A DNA stretch of 64,000 nucleotides from a virus (lineage: Duplodnaviria > Caudoviricetes), in IMG/VR virus record IMGVR_UViG_3300028283_000231; one strand, written 5' to 3'. Made by a program: the position numbers and the translations under genes. The notes below the pieces were generated by a model, which saw nothing but the letters and a program-made list of their open reading frames with translations, ran no database searches and was not told the origin of the DNA. Below are positions 48,584-57,279 of this stretch, one piece after another. The first letter of the stretch is position 1. Each line of letters opens with the position of its first letter.

Positions 48584-49572
48584 AAAACTTTACAAGATTT
48601 ATCAATGAAAATCTAGGAGAGAAGGATGATTTCTCTGGTGTACTATCAGCAATGATGGAACTACCAACAGAAGAAATTTTAAGATTTCGTGACGAACTAA
48701 AAAGTTCTCTAAACGAAAGTGCTCTCAACGAAGCGTACTCCATAGATTTCTTTACTGGTTTAAAAGCTAAATTTAGAAGATGGTTTACTGATAAACTTTT
48801 CAACTTCTTGATCAACAGGAAGAAAGAATATTACGAAAAGTTAATTGATAAATTGGCTATATTTGATTTAACACAAATAGATGACGTTTACAAGGCTTTC
48901 CCAGCTTTTCAATTGAAATCCATGTACCTTGCTGGTGGTATGGACGCTGCTAAAAAAGGTGGCAAAGTTGGTTGGAGAAATTTAGTAGAATACGAACTCG
49001 AAGTTAATCACCCAGGTAATAAAAAGAATTGTCCAGAAGTCACGATATACCTTGGTCCTGAAGGGGACGAAGAAGTTGTAGTTAAACCATCATATTGTAT
49101 TGACGGTCCTATGTTGGATTTATTCATTACCAATCCAAAGAAATGTTTAAATTTATATAACTATCCAGCTTTATTAAACCCAGTTAGAAAAGAAGTTGAT
49201 AGAAATAAAATGGATTTTGATACCTACATTGGCGCACTAAAAAGCGCTAAATCAAATCAACAAGAAATAGAAGACGCTATCAGATTCTTTAGAGAAACAG
49301 TATCTAAAAGAATAGCTTACGAAGACGAATTAATCATAAATAAATCAGACGCTATATTCTTGGGACTCAATCCTGTAGCTGGTGCTGGAACTTACGCTGA
49401 GCTTCAGTTGCTTAGTTTCATAGAAAAACCGCTCTTCTGTACACTTGTAGAAGGATATGAGAATATGGTTGGTGGGTTTAAATTATGGAACATGCCACAA
49501 CTTTGTAAGATGACAAGAAATGAAAAAGAAATGTTAACACTGGTAGATACTCTATATGAGGCTGCTCATTAA
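48580..49572 (+). CDS. Nucleoside 2-deoxyribosyltransferase-like domain protein with leader
   Basis: MKNFTRFINE; MYLAGGM...GWR; LNP; KSDAI...AGTYAE. Confidence 0.6.
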   Translation: MKNFTRFINENLGEKDDFSGVLSAMMELPTEEILRFRDELKSSLNESALNEAYSIDFFTGLKAKFRRWFTDKLFNFLINRKKEYYEKLIDKLAIFDLTQIDDVYKAFPAFQLKSMYLAGGMDAAKKGGKVGWRNLVEYELEVNHPGNKKNCPEVTIYLGPEGDEEVVVKPSYCIDGPMLDLFITNPKKCLNLYNYPALLNPVRKEVDRNKMDFDTYIGALKSAKSNQQEIEDAIRFFRETVSKRIAYEDELIINKSDAIFLGLNPVAGAGTYAELQLLSFIEKPLFCTLVEGYENMVGGFKLWNMPQLCKMTRNEKEMLTLVDTLYEAAH

Positions 49573-49772
49573 AGAATATCAAACCAAACGCTGTGTTCAG
49601 TGCTAAAATGAGATTTAAACTCATTAATAGTCTTTTCTAACAATTCGTTATCGCCAGACATTTCAATCTCTGTGATGTTAATAATACTCTCAATGGTATC
49701 TTTACCATAATGTTTGATTCTGACTTCGTTCTCAAGCCAGTTAATCAATTCGAGTGTTTTTACTGCTTTCAT
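49569..49772 (-). CDS. Hypothetical protein
   Basis: 67 aa, in the operon below the 50988 promoter. Confidence 0.6.
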   Translation of the reverse strand: MKAVKTLELINWLENEVRIKHYGKDTIESIINITEIEMSGDNELLEKTINEFKSHFSTEHSVWFDIL

Positions 49773-49774
49773 AA

Positions 49775-50290
49775 TTATTCGGGTTCGTAATAAAAATTTT
49801 TTGTGTTCTCAATAACTTTAATGAGTTCCAAAACCTTTGGCCCACTAACCTCAAAAACGCTAACATAACGCATACCGTTACGTCTACTCATATATATATT
49901 AAGAGTGTGATGGTCATGGGTCTTTTGGTGATGTATTCTAAAACAAATACTCACCGCCTCAGCTAATTTGTGTGTGAAAAGATACTGTGTATAAGTGGTA
50001 TAGTTCCTTCTTTCCCACATATAGGTACTAGTCTCATTTGTGGCCCTAATCAACTGATCAACAGCAACATCCTTAGTGATGTCTAGATTATTTGGAACTT
50101 CAAACATTACTTGGTCTTTAAGAAACTTTTCAACAATCAATAAATCGGTGTTATCCCATCCACCTAACTGGTTAAGTAACTTGGTGGCATCTGTATCACC
50201 ACTCTTTAAGAATTCATTAACGATGTTCAAATGCCTTTGTGTGCAATGAGTTACACCTAATTGCGTGAGCAAACTTTCTGATGTCTTCAT
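49775..50290 (-). CDS. Hypothetical protein
   Basis: 171 aa, same operon. Confidence 0.65.
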   Translation of the reverse strand: MKTSESLLTQLGVTHCTQRHLNIVNEFLKSGDTDATKLLNQLGGWDNTDLLIVEKFLKDQVMFEVPNNLDITKDVAVDQLIRATNETSTYMWERRNYTTYTQYLFTHKLAEAVSICFRIHHQKTHDHHTLNIYMSRRNGMRYVSVFEVSGPKVLELIKVIENTKNFYYEPE

Positions 50291-50308
50291 ATATTTATAA
50301 ATTTAATA

Positions 50309-50953
50309 TTACCAATCAATTCTAATTGAATATTCACCAGCGTCAATCAATCCCTTCATATATAGGTCGTTAGCTACTGTGTGAATACTTGGATAAAAAT
50401 TTCTGTCCCACCACAAATCGGATTATTCAAGCACGGAAATAATATTACGAAGTAATGGTAAAAATCCTTTACTGTATGTAAAACTTGCGAACAACTCGAT
50501 TTTTAATTTTTTCCCAACTCCTGCTTTTGACCCGTTCACTTTTTTCGGTTTTTGCAAGACTCTCCCATTTGGAAGAAATTTCACGAACTTCTTCCATGGT
50601 TACGGATAGTTTTCCGCGTCCGAGCGTGGTCTTTGGAGCGAATATTTTTAAATCGGTCATATTACCATGATTTTTGGGGATGTCCATTCTTTAGTGTCAC
50701 GTTCTAACCATTTTTGAAATTTAACACCCATAACTTCACCGTTAATGATTTCTGGGATTTCATCGTGCATTTCATCTTCCTGTTCGTCAGCCCAATCACA
50801 AGGTACTTCTAAATTAACAATTCCTCTAGATTGGCAACCATCTTGTTGCTGAAAACAATAAGGTTTATCGTAAGTACTTGATACTAAATTGTCCCAATCC
50901 TGACAGTCAATCATTTTTACGTTCTTTATCCTTAGTTTTTTAACATGTGCCAT
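50309..50953 (-). pseudogene. Phage hypothetical gene interrupted by a GC-rich insertion of about 235 bp
   Basis: 5' part ...FQQQDGC...GVKFQKWLERD; a plausible C-terminus (DLWWDRNFYPSIHTVANDLYMKGLIDAGEYSIRIDW*) resumes at about 50420. Confidence 0.7.
50422..50656. other. Foreign-looking insert bounded by a 7-bp direct repeat (AAATCGG on +)
   Basis: Repeat at 50415-50421 and 50650-50656; 56 of 120 bases are G/C in 50521-50640. Confidence 0.65.
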
Positions 50954-51062
50954 ATATCGATCTATTTTTTCTTTTATATATTAAATACAAAGATAATAAA
51001 ATTATTCAACATAAAAAATTACGGTTTTAAAAATTTAATATATAAAGAAAAAATCTTTAACC

Positions 51063-51272
51063 ATGAAGAATGTTTTCATTGTAGAAAAAGACGATTCTAT
51101 CGTTATTACAGGTAAAGAAGGAACTAAAACCTATAAATTAAATGGTATCTTTACACAATTTAGTGATAAGAGTAAAAATAGACCATATTATACAGAAGAA
51201 GAATATAAAGTACATCTTGAAGAATTGAAAAATAGAAAACCAGGAATAGAAACCAACGAACATAATGGATAA
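51063..51272 (+). CDS. Stand-alone fragment resembling the N-terminus of a T4 gp21-type prohead protease
   Basis: YKLNGIFTQF...NRPYYTEEEYKVHLEELK; 69 aa; late promoter at 51034. Confidence 0.5.
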   Translation: MKNVFIVEKDDSIVITGKEGTKTYKLNGIFTQFSDKSKNRPYYTEEEYKVHLEELKNRKPGIETNEHNG

Positions 51273-52665
51273 ATTTACTAACAAATATATAGGACACTTC
51301 GATATTCTGAAAAAATCAATACTCGGTTTCGAATTTGAATTTTACACAGATAGAAGTTACTACAAACTATTAGAACTACTTAACAGAGAACTTGCCCCTA
51401 TCAAAGTCTGGGGTAAGAGAAAATATCACTCCGACCAAGAAGTTGATGAATATAATTTCAAAATCGAACCTGATCTCTCTGGTGGTCCTAATATGGTAGA
51501 ACTTATCACTGGTCCTATGCCCTATAACAACGCTAAACTTATATTACTCAAAATTTTAAGTATATTACAAACCTACGCTAAAACTGACGATAAAACATCC
51601 ATTCACATTAATATATCTTTTGATAAAGATCTTAGTGATAAGACACTAGATCACCTTAATAAACTTAAACTCATCTTAAATACAGATGAAGAACTCATTT
51701 TTAAATTCTTCCCAACAAGAAAAGATAACTTCTACTCAAAAAGTGTGAAAAGACTTATTCCATTCAAAGGATACGACTACGTTAATGATGCTATTAATAT
51801 TCTTGTAAACAATATACAATTACCTGATACTAAATATTATGGTATAAATATCAAGGAAGCGTATAACGGACGTCTTGAATTTAGATATATTGGTGATAAA
51901 GATTACCAGTTCAAAACCAGAGAGATAATGGAATTAATGGATTATTTTATTTCATTGACTTGGAATAGTATAGATGAAGAACTTGACGACGAAGATATCG
52001 AGAAGTTAAGAAAATTCTTGGAAGAAAATATAAATAATTTCAAGAACTTTACTAAACTCGAAAATTTTATAGCTGAATTTCCTACAATCCAACTGGAGGT
52101 GGATAAAGATGAAAGTTTTGTAGTCGTAAAATCTTATTATTCGAATATATACACAAAGATATATGATTTAGTAAAGAACATTTACAATTTGAATAACTGT
52201 TTAATAAATTGGGACACTGATAGTAAGATGTTGGAGTTGGTAGATGCTGATTTTCAGACTATATTTGATTTAAGTAATATAGGTATTATAGACAGTAATG
52301 CTGGTGGAGGAACTTATAATAATTGTACTTTTATAAACTGCGAGGTTAAAAATGCTCATTTACATAATTGTACTTTATTGAGTTGTGATGTTTATAATTG
52401 TAAGATGGAGAACACTGATGTGGATCAATCTTGTGTGTTAAAAAATTGTTATTTCTACGGTGGTAAGATGGATGGCGAATTTGTTTCTGGCGTCTTCCGT
52501 TCAGGAAAAGTTGGTGAATTCGGGGTGGTTTCCGATGACGTGAGAATAGTAACAGATATGGATAGTTACTTTAATACTTCCATTGAACAGGAAAATCCAG
52601 AACAGAAGAAAGGTGTATCTAAACCGAAGAAACTTAACCCTTATAACAATCCAAGAAAATTTTAA
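51265..52665 (+). CDS. Putative amidoligase (COOH-NH2 ligase, Amidoligase_2-like) with a C-terminal beta-helix
   Basis: LGFEFEF, IEPD, ELITGP, TSIHINISF, KYYGIN, GRLEFRY; then NCTFINCEV pentapeptide-like repeats. Confidence 0.8.
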   Translation: MDKFTNKYIGHFDILKKSILGFEFEFYTDRSYYKLLELLNRELAPIKVWGKRKYHSDQEVDEYNFKIEPDLSGGPNMVELITGPMPYNNAKLILLKILSILQTYAKTDDKTSIHINISFDKDLSDKTLDHLNKLKLILNTDEELIFKFFPTRKDNFYSKSVKRLIPFKGYDYVNDAINILVNNIQLPDTKYYGINIKEAYNGRLEFRYIGDKDYQFKTREIMELMDYFISLTWNSIDEELDDEDIEKLRKFLEENINNFKNFTKLENFIAEFPTIQLEVDKDESFVVVKSYYSNIYTKIYDLVKNIYNLNNCLINWDTDSKMLELVDADFQTIFDLSNIGIIDSNAGGGTYNNCTFINCEVKNAHLHNCTLLSCDVYNCKMENTDVDQSCVLKNCYFYGGKMDGEFVSGVFRSGKVGEFGVVSDDVRIVTDMDSYFNTSIEQENPEQKKGVSKPKKLNPYNNPRKF

Positions 52666-53530
52666 ATTCGGAATAATTTTTATCTATTATAAATAAAAAT
52701 TTATGTCCTCTGTTTAAACAAGATTTCTGTTTTTCTAAATTTTTATTTATATCTAATTCGTACCATATTTTACTTTTTATCTCTATGATCAAATTATACT
52801 GAGGTAAATAGAAATCTGGGTAATATTTTCTGATTTTATCATTTAATTTGTAGTCAATTGAAAATCCTCTTTCTATTTGAAAATAATTATAAAAATTATC
52901 TAGAAAGTCCTTTTCATATGATGATTGATAATATAAATCTGTATTTTTATATTTGTTTTCTTTACGAAGCGATCTAAATCTAGATTGCATCATTTTTTCT
53001 TTTACAAATTCATTATTTAATGGATTTTCACATCCATATCTTTGTAAATTTGTTATTTTAATTTTATTTTTAACCCCTTCACATTGAAAAACATTTTCAC
53101 AATCATATTTCACAATATTTGTGTTATTTCTTTTTTCTATAACTATGGGACTTGATAATCCCCAGTCGGTGCCCCAATGTTTTCTATTAGTTTCAATTTT
53201 TTTATTTTTTATTTCTCTGGATTTAGACACGTTATCAACATTATATCTATCCATAATAGTGTTCTTAGATTTCAATTTAATATCATCATTTTCAAATACG
53301 TTTTTACAACCATATCTTTCTAAATTAGTTTTATCTATTTTCACTGTTTTACATTTCACACAAGTACATATCTCCCCTTTTTGTATATACGACATGTACC
53401 TCCTATATTCCATTTTATAATGTTTTCTACAAATATCACATATTACTTCAACTTCAATATGACTACCAACTGATAAGTCTGAGACATTTATTTCTTTTCC
53501 CCTAAATTTAACTTTTTCTGTTATTATCAT
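52634..53530 (-). CDS. Putative homing endonuclease, paralog of 46679-47587
   Basis: CDIC...CTCVKC; YGC/YNV repeats; YYPDFYLPQYNLIIEIKS. Confidence 0.8.
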   Translation of the reverse strand: MIITEKVKFRGKEINVSDLSVGSHIEVEVICDICRKHYKMEYRRYMSYIQKGEICTCVKCKTVKIDKTNLERYGCKNVFENDDIKLKSKNTIMDRYNVDNVSKSREIKNKKIETNRKHWGTDWGLSSPIVIEKRNNTNIVKYDCENVFQCEGVKNKIKITNLQRYGCENPLNNEFVKEKMMQSRFRSLRKENKYKNTDLYYQSSYEKDFLDNFYNYFQIERGFSIDYKLNDKIRKYYPDFYLPQYNLIIEIKSKIWYELDINKNLEKQKSCLNRGHKFLFIIDKNYSEFKIFLDCYKG

Positions 53531-53759
53531 AACTTTATATATTTCTTTTACATAGGTATATATAAAAATATTTTAGTCATATTTTTCTACTTTTTCTACA
53601 AAATGGAAAAATATGACTTTTTTAACTTAATATATACGATTAAAAACAACATGGAAGAAATTACTTATAAGATAGAGATTATTGAACCTTTAACATTTGA
53701 TGTTAAATTTGGTAAACCTTTTTATAATTTTAGTATAGATATAATAAAAATTAAAGACA

Positions 53760-53939
53760 ATGGCAGCGAAGAAGAAGAATGTAAAAGTCTTTTTTACAAT
53801 GGATGAAGAAATTTACAAAGATTTCGAAAAATATATAGAAGAGAATATTATTGATAAATCAAAGCTTTTAGAGAAGTTGATTATTAAGTATTTAGAAGAA
53901 AACAAAAAAATAATAAAACAATATGGATCCAATATTTAA
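53760..53939 (+). CDS. Ribbon-helix-helix DNA-binding protein (59 aa, not in track)
   Basis: MAAKKKNVKVFFTMDEEIYKDFEKYIEENIIDKSKLLEKLIIKYLEEN. Confidence 0.7.
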   Translation: MAAKKKNVKVFFTMDEEIYKDFEKYIEENIIDKSKLLEKLIIKYLEENKKIIKQYGSNI

Positions 53940-54544
53940 ATGGACTGGTGGAAAAAGAAAAGAAATAAAAACGTTTGGAAAATATTATCCAGATTTTGTT
54001 AAGAATAAAGAAAAGTATCTATATGTAGAACCGTTCTTTGGAGGAGGAGCAGTTTATTGGGATTTGGAAAATGATATGAACATTATAAATGACGTGGATT
54101 TTGATCTTATAAGTTTTCTAATGACATTAAAAAAACAACCTGATGAGATATCATCTATTATAGATGATATTGTTCCTAAAATTGAAGATATAACAAATAA
54201 GGAGAAACAAGGTATTATAGATTGAAATATTTTCTGGTAATTATAAAGATATTATGATTAATAATGATAACGATAATGTCTTTATGTATTTAGATCCACC
54301 ATATACTAGGGATTTTAAAGAATATAGTCACGGTAATGTTTTCGATGATGATTCACAAAAAGAATTATCAAAAGTCTTTAAAAGTATCAAAAAAGGAAAA
54401 GTAATGTTGATAATCAATAAAGACGAATTCACAACATCACTTTATAAAGATTACATTAAAGATGAATATGATTTAAAATATGCTACTAATATAAAGAATA
54501 GATATGATAATAATGTTAAACATTTAATAATAACTAATTATTAA
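53923..54544 (+). pseudogene. Dam-like adenine methyltransferase with an internal deletion and frameshift
   Basis: FKWTGGK and VEPFFGGGAV in fragment 1; MYLDPPY in fragment 2 (different frame); the intervening target-recognition domain is absent. Confidence 0.8.
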
Positions 54545-54884
54545 ATGGTATTCAATTTTTTGGATATTACTGAGAGAACTCTTTTAATATTTTCTTCTTG
54601 ATCAACTTTCTTAATATTTGCTATATGATCGAAATCTAAATCAAGAATTTTCGAAATTTCTCTACCTGTTCTTAACGAGAAATCTTTTCTATTTGTTTTA
54701 ATAGATGAATATTTTAAATCTGAACATCTCCATAAAACTAATCCGAAATCAACGTCTTTGAATCTTTATTGCCATTCCAACTATCACAGAGTCCGGTGAC
54801 ATGTAACATGTTTGTTACTGAGTTGTAATCTCCCCTCATTCCTGTGTTTAGAACTATTTTAATTCCACCTAATATTGTAGCCAT
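54541..54884 (-). pseudogene. Small gene with an apparent 1-nt loss in an A-run near 54765
   Basis: MATILGGIKIVLNTG...WNGNK continues in the -1 frame as RFKDVDFGLVLWRCSDLK...SKKLNTI*. Confidence 0.5.
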
Positions 54885-54968
54885 TTTTTTTTATTTTTTA
54901 AATTTTTACAAATATACTAAAATTATTTAAATTAAAAAACTTAATTCATCATTTTAATATATAGGATT

Positions 54969-55637
54969 ATGATAAAAGTATTTGAACAGTTTAATGAAAA
55001 TGATCCTTATGGCGAAGAAAATTGGGATATTCCAATAACTTTGGATAATTATTTAGAAATTATTAGAAATAATATAGATGGAGATGCTACAATAAAAGAA
55101 ACGAGAATAGGATTGCATTTTGTAGAATTTGATATAATGAATAATCTTCCTAATAATATTAAAAAGAAACTAACTTTTCATTTACATCATATTGGTGGAG
55201 GTATATTTGGATTATTATTAATAAACGACAATAGTGAAATAAATTTAGATCCAATTGGACCAGATGATATTTTTAGTGATTTAGATGAAAAGATTGATAA
55301 ATTGATCCACTGTTTTTTTTATGAACCAAGTGACCCTTTCAAAGTAAAAAAAATATTTGAACAATTTAATGAGAATGATCCTTATAATGAAGAAGAATGG
55401 GGAGATAATGAAGAATTTGAGAAAGATGATTTATTAATAGCTAAAAAAAGTCAATTCAAAAGAAGAAAGTCTGGTATAGTTGAACGTATTGTTCAAGGTG
55501 AAATATATAGAGTAAGAAATGTTATTTATGCTGGCGGTTCAGGAACAAAATATCATACTATAATCGTCCCAGGTATCCTTACTCCAGTTGCCGTTTTTGG
55601 TATTGAACAAATGAAAGAATTTTTTGAAAAAAAGTAA
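54969..55637 (+). CDS. Fused two-unit late protein; each unit begins FEQFNENDPY(G/N)EExW
   Basis: MIKVFEQFNENDPYGEENW and VKKIFEQFNENDPYNEEEW; promoter at 54953. Confidence 0.75.
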   Translation: MIKVFEQFNENDPYGEENWDIPITLDNYLEIIRNNIDGDATIKETRIGLHFVEFDIMNNLPNNIKKKLTFHLHHIGGGIFGLLLINDNSEINLDPIGPDDIFSDLDEKIDKLIHCFFYEPSDPFKVKKIFEQFNENDPYNEEEWGDNEEFEKDDLLIAKKSQFKRRKSGIVERIVQGEIYRVRNVIYAGGSGTKYHTIIVPGILTPVAVFGIEQMKEFFEKK

Positions 55638-55645
55638 AATAAAAT

Positions 55646-55927
55646 ATGGCATCAGTAAAAGAATGTTTAAGAAGATTAACAGAGCAGAATATAGATATGA
55701 GCGTTAATAAGCACGTTAAATACCTTATAGAAAACGTAGAAGAACCACAACTTCTATTTAAATTATCTTCTCACTCTGGTATAAAGATAGATAATAATAT
55801 AATTAATCTATGGTACAATCCAGGTGTGGGTTTCCAATGTGATAATATGTTCAGAGAACGTTACGGAAGATTACCTCTTTGTAATTATATTGAAAGGTTC
55901 CTTAACGAAGAAATAAGAAAACTTTAA
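55646..55927 (+). CDS. Hypothetical protein
   Basis: 93 aa, co-oriented with the preceding gene. Confidence 0.6.
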   Translation: MASVKECLRRLTEQNIDMSVNKHVKYLIENVEEPQLLFKLSSHSGIKIDNNIINLWYNPGVGFQCDNMFRERYGRLPLCNYIERFLNEEIRKL

Positions 55928-55967
55928 CCTCCTCTTTATTAATATATAGGAAGAAAACAGGTTAAAT

Positions 55968-56263
55968 TTGTCCCCAATATTCAAGTGTGTTTTAATGAGT
56001 GGTTCAACTGTTCTTCATTTAACTGAAATGGAGGAAGTTACTACTGGTAAAACTGCTGTAGAGCATAATGTTTATTTAACAGATCCAAGTATAGTATATA
56101 CTGAATGTGCAGACACAGGTCCTTATTTTGCGTCAACTGGAGTAAAGCAGTTATAACAAACACTGCAGATCCGTTGAATAATTGGCAATTATTCAACGGA
56201 CTAGACTCAAATGGTTATCCCACAGCAACTTGGCCAGTTACTCCTATTTATAGTATTCCTTAA
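55968..56263 (+). pseudogene. Small late gene with an apparent 1-nt loss in a T-run near 56127
   Basis: ...DTGPYF continues in the -1 frame as CVNWSKAVITNTADPLNNWQLFNG...PIYSIP*. Confidence 0.45.
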
Positions 56264-56991
56264 CCTCTTGTTGAGGTTGTATTTATTGCTTCACGTGTGT
56301 CCCACCAGTTAGGTTCATCTGGTGGCATTTCCCTGGAAACTTCAACTGGTTCTTCTATCACTTGATCCCCCATGTCTTCAATCTCTCGTGTATCGTAACC
56401 AACAGTATCATATCTTTGGGATACTTTCAATTTGGCTTCAGCGTATGGGTTTTTTGAAGACTTCTTTGGTTTATCCTGTTCAAATCCCTTAAAATCCTTG
56501 AATTTTTCCCTGAATTCTGAAAATTCGTTTTCAAATACGTCAATAGGAATCTGGTGAGTTAAGTCAGGATAAAGTTTAATTTGTGCGTCTTCATATTTAA
56601 AATCTTTCAACATTTTGATACACCTCTTAACATCTACTTCTTCGTCTTTCACGGAAAAAATAAACTGTTTCTGGTAATCATCATTGTTAGTGGAATTACT
56701 ATTGGGTTTAAGTTCTCCACCACTTTTCGAGAAAAAAGCTGGATTAATCAATAAGGCTGGACAACGAACAATATTGGAGATATGAAATCCCAAATATCCA
56801 CCAAGAGAAGTACCTACTATTAAAGTAGGATTGTTACTACCAAATAATTCGTTGGCATAGGAACTAATCAAGTTTCTGTGATTAGTATAATCGATATCGG
56901 GGAAATATACTTCGTCACCAAACTTTGAAAGTATTTTATACTTGGCGTCGTTAAAATGTCCACCCCAACCGTGAAAATAAGCTATTCTCAT
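56260..56991 (-). CDS. YqiA/UPF0227-like alpha/beta hydrolase
   Basis: YFHGW, VGTSLGG nucleophile elbow, LINPA, DEEVD, LTH. Confidence 0.85.
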   Translation of the reverse strand: MRIAYFHGWGGHFNDAKYKILSKFGDEVYFPDIDYTNHRNLISSYANELFGSNNPTLIVGTSLGGYLGFHISNIVRCPALLINPAFFSKSGGELKPNSNSTNNDDYQKQFIFSVKDEEVDVKRCIKMLKDFKYEDAQIKLYPDLTHQIPIDVFENEFSEFREKFKDFKGFEQDKPKKSSKNPYAEAKLKVSQRYDTVGYDTREIEDMGDQVIEEPVEVSREMPPDEPNWWDTREAINTTSTRG

Positions 56992-57000
56992 ATTGTGTTT

Positions 57001-57189
57001 TTAAATTTTATTAAGGATTGAATCTACTGTACCTAAATCGTAATCTGAAAGAGAGTTAAACCAATCATCTTCACAATCATCAAGAGACACTCCGCATTTC
57101 TTATCTGACCTTCCGTTCTTTAACAGAGGGTAAACCATTTTAGTTTTCGAATCGATTGAACAACCAACAGAATTTAATTTGTAAACCAT
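57001..57189 (-). CDS. Hypothetical protein (start more likely at ATG 57189 than GTG 57255)
   Basis: MVYKLNSVG...DDWFNSLS; the upstream extension runs through a GC-rich hairpin region. Confidence 0.55.
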   Translation of the reverse strand: MVYKLNSVGCSIDSKTKMVYPLLKNGRSDKKCGVSLDDCEDDWFNSLSDYDLGTVDSILNKI

Positions 57190-57279
57190 ATCTTTTTGTT
57201 TTAAACTGTTAATATCGGACGAGTTACCGAGTGCTTCTCTGGGGAGGGCTCTCACCCCTATCGTTACAACGTCATATTT

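Noticed and set aside
50469-50687. 72-aa ORF MDIPKNHG... as an independent gene
   Set aside because: It starts in the interrupted gene and runs into the GC-rich insert, so it is a by-product of the insertion.
53603-53806. 67-aa ORF as the main gene at this locus
   Set aside because: Its 3' end overlaps a better-supported ribbon-helix-helix ORF (53760-53939) in another frame; it may be real but has no recognisable features.
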